A stretch of DNA of 42,461 nt, taken from the NCBI GenBank assembly GCA_002380675.1, contig DFWB01000200.1, positions 8,663-51,123 of the forward strand, written 5' to 3'. The notes beneath the pieces were generated by a model. That model did no database searches. It was not told where the DNA came from and saw only the letters and a program-made list of their open reading frames with translations. Each line of letters begins with the position of its first letter. Position 1 is the stretch's first letter. Source of the DNA: Akkermansiaceae bacterium UBA4145 (lineage in GTDB: Bacteria > Verrucomicrobiota > Verrucomicrobiia > Verrucomicrobiales > Akkermansiaceae). The position numbers and the translations under genes were made by a program. Shown in pieces: positions 26,347 to 35,008 of the stretch.

Positions 26347-27627
26347 CTACACTTTCCAAGGACCCCGCATCTTCTGGTGCACATACTGATCCGCCTCCGG
26401 CTCATCAATCTTGAAGGTCTTCGGATCGTAGCGGAAACTTTTGTTCGAGCGGTGCGCGATCACACCAAGATTCACGATCGATGCTGAACGGAATCCATTG
26501 CTTTCATTGAGGGCGAACGTCTTGCGCTCCCGCACCGCCTGATGGAAGTCGGTGACCTGTGGATCCGGGTCCTTCAGAGCTTTAAGCTTCTCCTTCAAGC
26601 CCGTGATATCAGAAGCCATCCCTCGACTGATACTCCCCTCTGACCCCTTGATATAAGGAGTATTTTTCTCCCGGTTGTCACCATCAAGAATGATTTTTGT
26701 CCCGTCTGCATACTTATACTCGATGCGCCGCCAGCGCCCTACTGCGTCACCATGCTGCTTATCCGCATCGATAAAGACTTCCACCGGACTCTCCTCATCC
26801 TTGCCGATAATATACTGCACCGGATCCAGATAGTGCTGCCCCATATCTCCCAGCCCGCCTCCATCGTAATCCCAGTAACCACGAAATGACCCATGCGTTC
26901 GGTGCCGGGTGTAGGGCTTCACAGGAGCCGGGCCGAGCCACATATTGTAATCGAAGTGGTCAGGAATCTTTTCCTCGGGCTGGTCGACCTTGCCGGACCA
27001 GCCGAACTTCCAGTTAAAGCCCTGGTTGCCACCGACTGTCACAGTGAGTGGCCCATCCCCGAGGAGGCCATGCATGACCGCCTTGCGGAGAGGAGTCACC
27101 GGTGTGCCCATTCCATAAAAACCTCCCTCAAAGCGAAACCAGGTATTAATCCGAAAGATCCGCTTGTGCTTCTGGACGGCCTTCATCATTGCGATACCCT
27201 CGCCGATGGTCCGACTCATGGGCTTCTCACACCAGACATCCTTTCCCTGCTTTGCTGCCTCAATAGCCTGCAGCGCATGCCAGTGGGGAGGCGTACAGAT
27301 GTGTACGACATCTATGTCATCGCGGGCACACAGCTCCCTGAAATCATGATACCCCTTGGGGTCATGTCCCCGCTTCTTGGCATCGTTGGTCCGATTCGCC
27401 AGGTGATTCTTGTCGACGTCACAGAGGGCCAACAGCGGCCCCTGCTGCCCTACATGGGCCCCCGAACCAGAGATCCCTCCGCACCCGATGATTCCCCTAG
27501 TCACCTGTTCACTGGGCGGCTTCTTCCCATTTGCGCCAATGACATGGCTGGGGACAACCTGGATGGTCGCAAGTGCCGCTACTCCCTTCAGGGCTTTCCG
27601 GCGTGAAAATGTATGTGTCTGGTTCAT
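26347..27627 (-). CDS. Tat-exported Gfo/Idh/MocA-family oxidoreductase (GH109-like architecture)
   Basis: 426 aa with the twin-arginine signal FSRRKALKGVAALATIQV, the Rossmann motif GIIGCGGISG and CEKPMS. Confidence 0.85.
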   Translation of the reverse strand: MNQTHTFSRRKALKGVAALATIQVVPSHVIGANGKKPPSEQVTRGIIGCGGISGSGAHVGQQGPLLALCDVDKNHLANRTNDAKKRGHDPKGYHDFRELCARDDIDVVHICTPPHWHALQAIEAAKQGKDVWCEKPMSRTIGEGIAMMKAVQKHKRIFRINTWFRFEGGFYGMGTPVTPLRKAVMHGLLGDGPLTVTVGGNQGFNWKFGWSGKVDQPEEKIPDHFDYNMWLGPAPVKPYTRHRTHGSFRGYWDYDGGGLGDMGQHYLDPVQYIIGKDEESPVEVFIDADKQHGDAVGRWRRIEYKYADGTKIILDGDNREKNTPYIKGSEGSISRGMASDITGLKEKLKALKDPDPQVTDFHQAVRERKTFALNESNGFRSASIVNLGVIAHRSNKSFRYDPKTFKIDEPEADQYVHQKMRGPWKV

Positions 27628-27709
27628 TCTATCTCGTTTTACGTAATTTCTGATATGGGTCTTCCGATCTGTGTCCGCTGTGGACGGACCGGCTCAAAAC
27701 TCAGGACGT

Positions 27710-29197
27710 CTACTCAGGAGCTCCCGAGGCTTCGCCAGTGGCATTCTCATCGTCATCCGACACTGAAATCTTGTCCCAGAAGGCAACGAAGAAAATGACC
27801 GTGATCACAGCCGCCATGATGGCTGGAAAAATCCAGAATGACTTCCACTGCATCATCGTGTCCGCAATGAGGTTACTGTCCATTCCCTTCGGCATATCAA
27901 CGGAGAACATCTGCCCGAGTTGCTCAAACACTCCTGGATCCGATGCTTCGCGAGCCTCCTTGATAGCGCCTTCGAGCTCTGCAGATTTCCCGACGCCATC
28001 TCCCCATCCCGAAAAGTCCACCGGAATCCAGAAAAGCTTGCCGGGCCCCTGATAATACACGCCAAAGGTAATTGCGTAACCGATATACATCCCGATCCCC
28101 TGTGTGAAGAAAACAAGCAGGCTTTGCGCCTGACTACGAATCTTTGAGTCTGCCACTTTATCGGTATACATGAATCCAGTGACAAAGAAGAAATCGTAGC
28201 AAATGCCGTGGAGCGCGACTCCCAGAAAGATCATCCACACGACCTGATCCGGAGCCCCGAAAGCAAAAAGAAAATAACGCAGAACCCATGCGAGCATACC
28301 TACCAGAATCATCCACTTAACCCCCAGCTTCCGAAAAAAGAAGGGGATGAGAAGCATGAAGAAAATTTCTGACATCTGCCCGATGGTCATGGTCGACGCG
28401 GGTTGCAGATAGCCAGTGTTCTGGAGATAATTGGGGATAGTTCCGTAGTAATACGCGAGTGGAATGCAGATCAGCATCGAGCAGATCAAAAATACCGCAA
28501 AGGCAGGACGCTTGAAGAGTGCAAAGGCATCCAGCATCAGAAGAGCACGGAGGTTAAGTGGTTCACCTTTCGCAGGAGCCGGTGTATGCGGGAGAGTAAA
28601 AGAGAATATTCCCAAGGCCAGCGAAGCGGCACCCGCGAGATAAAATATGTTGAACTTGGCAGACCACCCCAGCACTCCGACTACGAGGCCGGCGACGATC
28701 CAACCAATTGTGCCCCAAACCCGCACTTTTGGAAACGTAAGTCGATCGAGATTTGCAAAAGCGATCGAGTTGCCGAGGCCAAGGGTGGGCATGTAGCAAA
28801 GCATATTACCCAGCATCAGCCAGACCATGAGTTTCCCGTTTCCAGCATTCGCGACCCCCGGGATAATCATCAGGAGAACGCCTCCAATGAAAAAGAGGAC
28901 ACCCATCACCTTCTGTGATGGGAAAAAGCGATCTGCGATTAATCCAAGGAACAACGGCGCGATCATCGCTCCCAGCGGCGCCGAACCGAAAGATCCTGCA
29001 GAAAAATCTCCTAGTTGATTGCTAAGCAAGCAAAGCCCAAGCGTTCCGAACCACGCTCCCCAAGTGAAGAACTGGAGGAACATCATGACTGAGAGCTTCA
29101 GGGTATTCGCGGAGCGGGGATCGGACATTAGGTGTGATCGTGTTGTGAGTGGTGCATTTGAGAGGCTGGCTCCCATTCCCGCAAGATCTGAATCCAT
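27710..29197 (-). CDS. MFS transporter of the nucleoside:H+ symporter (NHS)-like family
   Basis: About 12 predicted TM segments. The N-terminus LKLSVMMFLQFFTWGAWFGTLG is typical of NHS-type MFS proteins. The more likely start may be ATG 29128 (MSDPRSANTLKL). Confidence 0.8.
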   Translation of the reverse strand: MDSDLAGMGASLSNAPLTTRSHLMSDPRSANTLKLSVMMFLQFFTWGAWFGTLGLCLLSNQLGDFSAGSFGSAPLGAMIAPLFLGLIADRFFPSQKVMGVLFFIGGVLLMIIPGVANAGNGKLMVWLMLGNMLCYMPTLGLGNSIAFANLDRLTFPKVRVWGTIGWIVAGLVVGVLGWSAKFNIFYLAGAASLALGIFSFTLPHTPAPAKGEPLNLRALLMLDAFALFKRPAFAVFLICSMLICIPLAYYYGTIPNYLQNTGYLQPASTMTIGQMSEIFFMLLIPFFFRKLGVKWMILVGMLAWVLRYFLFAFGAPDQVVWMIFLGVALHGICYDFFFVTGFMYTDKVADSKIRSQAQSLLVFFTQGIGMYIGYAITFGVYYQGPGKLFWIPVDFSGWGDGVGKSAELEGAIKEAREASDPGVFEQLGQMFSVDMPKGMDSNLIADTMMQWKSFWIFPAIMAAVITVIFFVAFWDKISVSDDDENATGEASGAPE

Positions 29198-29546
29198 CTC
29201 GAGCTTTCTCCCACGGTTTCGCCTAACGAAGCATCATCCCAGATCGTGAGTAGCCGGCTTCGGCCCCCAAAATCACCGTTGATTTTCAAGATCAGGGAAG
29301 TTCCAACAGGGATTCCTCACCCTGATGCTGAAACTGTAGATGACCCCCGAGGCTTTTTCCTGTGCTTCAAAGATCAGGGAATCTCCGCCGCCGGGACCTG
29401 ATCTCCCGGCAAAAGTCCTTCAGGTGGGGTAAACAAATGCTCCGCACCAGTGCCGAGGAGCTCCTTTCGACCTCGAACGGGCCTAAAACCTTGAAAGGGA
29501 GGGCCGAAACCCTACCGTATCCCCTCACAGGACACCTGAACACCCA

Positions 29547-30854
29547 ATGAGCGAGACCACCAACTCCAACCGACGTAATTTTGTCAAGACCGCTACAGCC
29601 GCTACGGCCGTCGCTGGCTTCCCCCACATCGGCCGTGCCGAGATCGGCAGCAGCAATACCATCAAGATCGGCCTGATTGGATGTGGTGGCCGGGGCACAG
29701 GCGCGGCTACTCAAGCCCTGAAGTCTGATGACAAGGTCAAGCTTTGGGCCATGGCTGACGCTTTCCCCGAAAAAATCGAGGGCCCTCTCAAGACCCTCGG
29801 AGCAGCCTTCGGAAAAGAGCGTGTCGAGGTCGACAAGAGCCGCCAGTTCACCGGGCTTGATGCCTTCGAGAAACTGGCCAATTCCGATGTAGATGTGGTC
29901 CTGATGGCGACTCCTCCAGGATATCGTCCCTCGATGCTGCGCCAGTGTATTGAGGCTGGAAAGCATGTGTTCGCTGAGAAGCCTATGGCTATCGACATGG
30001 CCGGCATCCATCACCTGATGGAAACCGCCAAGATTGCAGACGAGAAGAAACTCGCTATTCAGCACGGCTACTGCTGGCGTTACAGCCCTTCCAACCGGGT
30101 AGGTTTTGGTAAGGCCCTGGGCGGAGAACTCGGCCGCATCACGAGTTTTGTCGGCACATATCTGGGCGGCACCGTGCGTGCTCTCGCCCCCGACGCAAAG
30201 CAACCTGAGGGCATGGGAGACGTCGAATGGCAGCTTCGCAACTGGATCAACTTCGAATGGCTCTCAGGCGGACCGCTCCTTGAACAGTGTATTCACGCTG
30301 TCGATAAGATGGCATGGGCCATGAACGACGTTGCCCCAATTGCGGCCTTTGGTAACGGAGGCCGCGGTCAGCGCCGCGACGCGGGTAATGTTTACGACAA
30401 TTACTCCATTACCTATGAGTATCCGGGCAATGTTTTCTGTCAGATTCAGCAGCGTCAGTACAGCAATTCGTTCAACGAAAATGTCAGCCGTATCATCTGC
30501 GAGGGCGGAACAGTGGTTGGCCCATGGAAGGTCTCCACCAAGGACGCCAAGGGCAAGACCAACTGGAAATACCGGGCGGAGAAGGGAGTGGAGCAGAACA
30601 TGTATCAAACGTGCCACAACGAGTTCTTCGCCAATCTCAGGGCAGGCAAGATTGTCAACTCCTGCGAGTTCATGGCCAATTCCACGGCGGTCGGCATTCT
30701 CGGCCGGGAGGCCGCTCACACCGGCCAGCGGATCACTTGGGATAACCTCTGGGCGACAAGTGAAGACCAGGCCCCTGACAATCCTCCTATGAACGGCAAG
30801 ATGCCGATTCCAGCGCCGCCCATCCCCGGGACCGATTCCCTTGCCAAAGCCTGA
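29547..30854 (+). CDS. Tat-exported Gfo/Idh/MocA-family oxidoreductase (GH109-like architecture)
   Basis: 435 aa with the twin-arginine signal NRRNFVKTATAATAVAGFP, the Rossmann motif IGLIGCGGRGTGA and FAEKPMA. The minus-strand ORF 29367..30203 is its antisense shadow. Confidence 0.88.
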   Translation: MSETTNSNRRNFVKTATAATAVAGFPHIGRAEIGSSNTIKIGLIGCGGRGTGAATQALKSDDKVKLWAMADAFPEKIEGPLKTLGAAFGKERVEVDKSRQFTGLDAFEKLANSDVDVVLMATPPGYRPSMLRQCIEAGKHVFAEKPMAIDMAGIHHLMETAKIADEKKLAIQHGYCWRYSPSNRVGFGKALGGELGRITSFVGTYLGGTVRALAPDAKQPEGMGDVEWQLRNWINFEWLSGGPLLEQCIHAVDKMAWAMNDVAPIAAFGNGGRGQRRDAGNVYDNYSITYEYPGNVFCQIQQRQYSNSFNENVSRIICEGGTVVGPWKVSTKDAKGKTNWKYRAEKGVEQNMYQTCHNEFFANLRAGKIVNSCEFMANSTAVGILGREAAHTGQRITWDNLWATSEDQAPDNPPMNGKMPIPAPPIPGTDSLAKA

Positions 30855-30955
30855 CACACGCCACAGGCGGCAGGGTCTCAAAGCAGTAGCCGGCGGGGCA
30901 GAATCGCCCCCGCGTATGCAGCGACCCTGCCTTACAAATTTTTCCATCAATCCCC

Positions 30956-32215
30956 ATGAAAAGCATCCACCTTATCTTCCCCTCGACTGCAGCCATCGTG
31001 CTGGTCGGCATCGCTGCACTTGCAGATGACTCCAAGTCCGAGGCAGCCCCGGCAGCCAAAGCTCCAGCGAAGTTTACCAACTCTACCCCTACTCCGGCCC
31101 AGTGGGACCTCCCTTCGACTCACCGACTCTTTGTCAGCAAGAAGATCCACGAGCTCGTCACCAAAAAGGGAGGGCCCGGCGAGGCTCCCGAAATGAAGGA
31201 CTACGAGGAAGTAGCGCCCAGAGCCAATGAGGCCAAGTACAAGATGATCGCCCTGAAGGGGGGGGAGTTCCTCATGGGCTCACCAGAGGGCGAACATGAA
31301 AATCGCACAGACGACGAGGGGCCCCAGAAGAAAGTGAGGATCGAACCTTTCTGGATCGGACAGACTGAAATTCCCTGGGCTCTCTATAAGCCCTTCTACG
31401 AAAACGGTATTGCTCGCAATAAGGACGGCAGCCTGCTCGCGGCCGATAAGGACAAGGAAGTGACCGTCCGCGGGAAACAGCGCAAGAAAGCAGTGAAAGA
31501 TGCTCTCGCCCGTGGTGATAGCAGTAACATCGTAGACGTGGTCTCACAGCCAACGCCCCAATACCACGATATGTTCGGGAGCGGTGAGCACGCCTCCGAA
31601 TTGAACTATCCTGCCATGTGCACCACCCACCACGCTGCCTCCAAGTTCTGCCAGTGGCTCAGCGCCCAGACTGGCCACTTTTACAGGCTCCCCACCGAGG
31701 CCGAGTGGGAATATGCGTGCCGTGCCGGAACGACTACCGCCTTTCACTTCGGGGACGACATCGCCAAGCTGGACGACTACGCGTGGCACGGCGATAATTC
31801 CGAATTTACCTATTATCCGGTCGGCACCAAAAAGCCGAATCCGTGGGGACTTCATGACATGCACGGCAATGTCGGCGAGTGGGTCCTTGATGGATTCAGC
31901 GAAGGATATCGTAACACCATCAAGGATGGAGCCGTCAATCCCTGGAATATTTCCCTTACTCGTTATCCTCGGATCGTAAAAGGGGGCTCATGGGACCAGA
32001 ACCCTGATGAATGCCGAAGTGCAGCCCGTGTGCAATCCGTGAATGACTGGAAAGATACGGACCCGCAGGTGCCAAAAAGTATCTGGTATCATACGGACGG
32101 TCAGTTCATCGGCTTCCGTATCGTGCGACCACTGAAAACCCCAACCGCCGAGGAGATGCACGTTTACTGGAACACTGACTGGTGGGAACCCACCAGAAAC
32201 GCCGAGGACCTTTAG
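30956..32215 (+). CDS. Formylglycine-generating enzyme family protein (FGE-sulfatase domain), secreted
   Basis: It has a signal peptide. Motifs are MIALKGGEFLMGSP, YRLPTEAEWEYACRAGT, GLHDMHGNVGEWVLD and RIVKGGSWDQNPDECRSAAR. Confidence 0.88.
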   Translation: MKSIHLIFPSTAAIVLVGIAALADDSKSEAAPAAKAPAKFTNSTPTPAQWDLPSTHRLFVSKKIHELVTKKGGPGEAPEMKDYEEVAPRANEAKYKMIALKGGEFLMGSPEGEHENRTDDEGPQKKVRIEPFWIGQTEIPWALYKPFYENGIARNKDGSLLAADKDKEVTVRGKQRKKAVKDALARGDSSNIVDVVSQPTPQYHDMFGSGEHASELNYPAMCTTHHAASKFCQWLSAQTGHFYRLPTEAEWEYACRAGTTTAFHFGDDIAKLDDYAWHGDNSEFTYYPVGTKKPNPWGLHDMHGNVGEWVLDGFSEGYRNTIKDGAVNPWNISLTRYPRIVKGGSWDQNPDECRSAARVQSVNDWKDTDPQVPKSIWYHTDGQFIGFRIVRPLKTPTAEEMHVYWNTDWWEPTRNAEDL

Positions 32216-32247
32216 GGCGAATCTGCCCAGCCTTCTCTTCTCTCGTC

Positions 32248-32280
32248 AAAGGCGCAGCTTCGTGCTGCGCCTTTCTTGTC
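32248..32280. terminator. Bidirectional rho-independent terminator between the FGE gene (+) and the peroxiredoxin gene (-)
   Basis: There is an 11-bp perfect stem, AAAGGCGCAGC (32248-32258) with GCTGCGCCTTT (32264-32274), and a 5-nt loop. The stem arms supply an A-run 5' and a T-run 3' (TTTCTTGTC on the plus strand). Confidence 0.7.
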
Positions 32281-32292
32281 GTCGGATCGGGG

Positions 32293-32811
32293 CTATTCGA
32301 GAGCCTCCAGAGCCTGAAGCAAATCTTCCCCTTGGCTACCCGCAGACACCTTCTCTTGCTTCCAGACCAGCTTCCCATCCTTGAATAAGTAAGCCTGCCG
32401 GGAGGCAAATTTCCCCAGATGTGGAACGCCAAAGGCCTTGATAATTCTTCCTTTCACGTCTGCCAGAAGTTCAAAGGGGAGCATTTGCTTTTCCACAAAG
32501 GCTTTCTGAGCGGATACCGTGTCGAAAGACACTCCGTAAATTCTAACACCTTTCTTCAGTAACTTTTCGTTTACGTCCCGTAAACTACATACCTGCTTTG
32601 TTCATCCCCCGGTCAGGGCCTTGGGATAGAAAAAGAAAAACGCCAATCCCTCTGCTGCCACTTCGTGAACTCTGATGAGCTCTCCCTTATGGTTCTTCGC
32701 CTCAGCCTTGGGAAGGGCTTTGCCAAGGTCTAGGCTTTCCGCCATCGTTGGCTGAGCGAAGGCAAACAGCGACCCAAGCCCCGTTAGCCATCTCGAAAGT
32801 TTTATCTTCAT
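32293..32811 (-). CDS. Periplasmic BCP/PrxQ-type peroxiredoxin with an in-frame TGA (codon 70) at the peroxidatic Cys position; either a candidate selenocysteine protein or a very recent pseudogene
   Basis: Track ORFs 32602..32874 and 32293..32532 are in the same frame and are joined by a single TGA (32604-32602). The joined product is MKIKLSRWLTGLGSLFAFAQPTMA|ESLDLGKALPK...LAFFFFYPKALTGG[U]TKQVCSLRDVNEKLLKKGVRIYGVSFDTVSAQKAFVEKQMLPFELLAD...AYLFKDGKLVW. This is colinear with E. coli BCP (FYPKAMTPGCTVQACGLRD). Confidence 0.75.
32557..32595 (-). other. SECIS-like mRNA stem-loop immediately 3' of the in-frame UGA
   Basis: In the minus-strand sense, the UGA is followed by 6 nt, then CAG(G)UA-UGUA-GUUUACG-GGA-CGUAAAC-GAAAAGU-UACUG. 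The upper stem is a perfect 7 bp (32585-32569). The G-rich apical loop starts 24 nt after the UGA. Confidence 0.5.
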
Positions 32812-33889
32812 GACTCGACCCATATCCCGCCCGGGCAGGAATGCCAGAAGGATTTTCGTTGCCCTCATCATCATCGTAGCCGGTGCATTCTCCCTCCTGG
32901 TCGGTCCCAGACTTTGGGAAAGGCTCCAGACTCCCCGGCAAGGGCAAGAACAAGCCTTGGAGACAGTTCCTGTTTACTCCAGCGACCATCCCATGATGGG
33001 CACAACAGCACGGATTGTGGTCTATGCGACAGATCTGAAGAAAGGAGAGGTCGCCATCAAGGCCGCATTCGATCGCGCTGATGAGATCGGTTTCATCTGC
33101 AGCGACTACAATCCGGAGAGCGAACTGATGCGTCTGTGCCGGGGGCCGGTTAATGAACCCATTCCAGTCTCCCGTACCCTTGCGACAGTTCTTACCCATG
33201 CACACAGCATCGCAGAAACCACCGAAGGAGCCTTCGATCCCACTCTTGGGGGATTCACCAAGCTCTGGCGAAGATCGAAGCGAAAAAATGCGCTGCCTGA
33301 TCCCTCTCTCCTCGAGAGAGCCCGCAATGCGGCAGGCTGGACAAAATTCGACGTCTTTCTGGAACAGCAGACCGTAATCGTAAAAGACGAAAACCTTCTC
33401 TTCGACCTCGGGGGCATCGCCAAGGGCTATGCCGCGGATGAAATGCTACGCGTCATCAAGGCACACGGGATTTCCTCCGCGATGGTAGCTGTCGCAGGAG
33501 ACGTCAGACTGGGCTCTCCTCCCCCGGGCCGATCCGGGTGGACCGTTGGCATCAGGACCCTGGGGGCCGACGTTGAGCAAGTCATGCACGTCGCCAACTG
33601 CGCTGTCTCCACCTCGGGGGATATTGAACGCTATGTGGATATCGAGGGAACCCGCTACTCGCATATCATCGACCCCGAGACGGGCATCGGGCTCACCCGG
33701 CGAATCGCCGCCACGGTAGTCGCACCCACCGCAGTCCAAAGCGACCCTCTGGCCACCTTCTGCTGCATCAAGCCACAATTCGCCTCCAAGATCTTTGCAG
33801 CCGGAGAGATTTCCTGCCGAATTGTAACTCTTGGGGATGGCCCCTTCGACCAGAGAACCCGGCAATTCCCACCCTTAACCCGCCCCTAG
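32810..33889 (+). CDS. apbE: ApbE-family FAD:protein FMN transferase
   Basis: 359 aa with an N-terminal membrane anchor (IFVALIIIVAGAFSLLVG). Motifs are MMGTTARIVVYA, DYNPESEL, FDPTLG, DLGGIAKGYAADE and AVSTSGD...YSHIIDPETG. Its ATG 32810-32812 overlaps the peroxiredoxin ATG (32811-32809) head-to-head. Confidence 0.85.
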   Translation: MTRPISRPGRNARRIFVALIIIVAGAFSLLVGPRLWERLQTPRQGQEQALETVPVYSSDHPMMGTTARIVVYATDLKKGEVAIKAAFDRADEIGFICSDYNPESELMRLCRGPVNEPIPVSRTLATVLTHAHSIAETTEGAFDPTLGGFTKLWRRSKRKNALPDPSLLERARNAAGWTKFDVFLEQQTVIVKDENLLFDLGGIAKGYAADEMLRVIKAHGISSAMVAVAGDVRLGSPPPGRSGWTVGIRTLGADVEQVMHVANCAVSTSGDIERYVDIEGTRYSHIIDPETGIGLTRRIAATVVAPTAVQSDPLATFCCIKPQFASKIFAAGEISCRIVTLGDGPFDQRTRQFPPLTRP

Positions 33890-33916
33890 AAGGCCATTCC
33901 TGTCGCTTGGGTAATT

Positions 33917-34996
33917 TTGCGAGGCCTTTTTACCACGACTTCACCGGCAGAAAATACTGGCAAAGTCCCTCCCAACGCCTTTGATCGGCCCTCCGTGTTT
34001 CTTGACCCTTGGCTGCCTGATTTCTCGTTCCTCTTCCTCTCCATTCTGGTCGAGGGAGCTCCCTTCATCCTCCTGGGAACGATCATAAGCGGTTTCATCG
34101 ATGTCTACCTCCCCTCGGGAGCGATTGATCGCCTTCTTCCCCGAAACCGTGGTCTAGCCGTCCTCATGAGCGGCTTGCTGGGCATTATTTTCCCGGTTTG
34201 CGAGTGTGCCGTCGTTCCCGTCATCCGCCGACTTGTCAAGAAAGGCCTGCCCCCTGCCTGTGCCATCACCTACATGCTGGCCGCTCCAATCGTGAATCCC
34301 GTCACCTTCTTGAGCACATACAGTGCCTTTAAAAAAATTCCCCTCGAAATGGCAGGATCGCGACTTCTCTTTGGCTACGTGATCGCGGTCATAGTCGGTC
34401 TGATTCTCCTGAAAGTTGGAGTCGGGCGAATCTTAAAGCCGCGCCTCGTGGAAGAGCTCAAGGAAGTTGAGTCCAGTCACCATCACCACCACGACCGTGG
34501 AGACAACTTCGTAGAGAAAAGCAATCGCCTTATCATGGCTCTCCGAGCCGCCATGCGGGACTTCGTCGATGTAGGGATCTACTTCGTAATCGGAATCACC
34601 ATCGTGGCGATCGTCAACACTCCCCCTCCTGTCGACCAGCAGACCATCCCCCTGCGTGATTACATCGACGGCACCGCAGAAAGCATATGGGGCGCTCCGG
34701 CTGCCCTTATGGGCCTCTCTTTCCTTCTCAGCTTGTGCAGCACGTCGGATGCCTTCATTGCAGCTACCCTTGACACTTTCAGTATTGGACCGCGCCTCGC
34801 CTTTCTCGTCTTTGGGCCAATGATGGACGTAAAACTGCTCTTCCTCTACAGCACGATCCTATCTCGAAAATTCATCCTTATCCTCGCTGCAGGTCTCTTT
34901 ATCGGAATAGGGACATTGAGTGTTCTCCTTGAGCCGATTTTTGAAGATTTTGAGCGCAATAAGCCCCCACCCTTCGCCCAGACGGCACAGGACTAA
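33917..34996 (+). CDS. Permease of the PF03773/DUF318 family (subunit of a two-component membrane permease; putative metal transporter)
   Basis: Motifs are ILVEGAPFILLGTIISGFI, IFPVCECAVVPVIRRLVKKGLP and YMLAAPIVNP. There is a cytoplasmic His loop SSHHHHHDRGD and multiple TM segments. The track gives a TTG start at 33917, which is uncertain. Confidence 0.8.
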   Translation: MRGLFTTTSPAENTGKVPPNAFDRPSVFLDPWLPDFSFLFLSILVEGAPFILLGTIISGFIDVYLPSGAIDRLLPRNRGLAVLMSGLLGIIFPVCECAVVPVIRRLVKKGLPPACAITYMLAAPIVNPVTFLSTYSAFKKIPLEMAGSRLLFGYVIAVIVGLILLKVGVGRILKPRLVEELKEVESSHHHHHDRGDNFVEKSNRLIMALRAAMRDFVDVGIYFVIGITIVAIVNTPPPVDQQTIPLRDYIDGTAESIWGAPAALMGLSFLLSLCSTSDAFIAATLDTFSIGPRLAFLVFGPMMDVKLLFLYSTILSRKFILILAAGLFIGIGTLSVLLEPIFEDFERNKPPPFAQTAQD

Positions 34997-35008
34997 CGCC
35001 TCGAACCT

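Noticed and set aside
29367-30203. 278-aa minus-strand ORF
   Set aside because: It is antisense to the Tat-signal Gfo/Idh/MocA gene (29547..30854), which has unmistakable family motifs.
32293-32874. Two separate small genes as listed in the ORF track (32602..32874, 90 aa, and 32293..32532, 79 aa)
   Set aside because: They are in the same frame and are the N- and C-terminal halves of one BCP/PrxQ fold. The second 'start' is an internal GTG (Val of GVSFD). I treat them as one CDS with an internal TGA.
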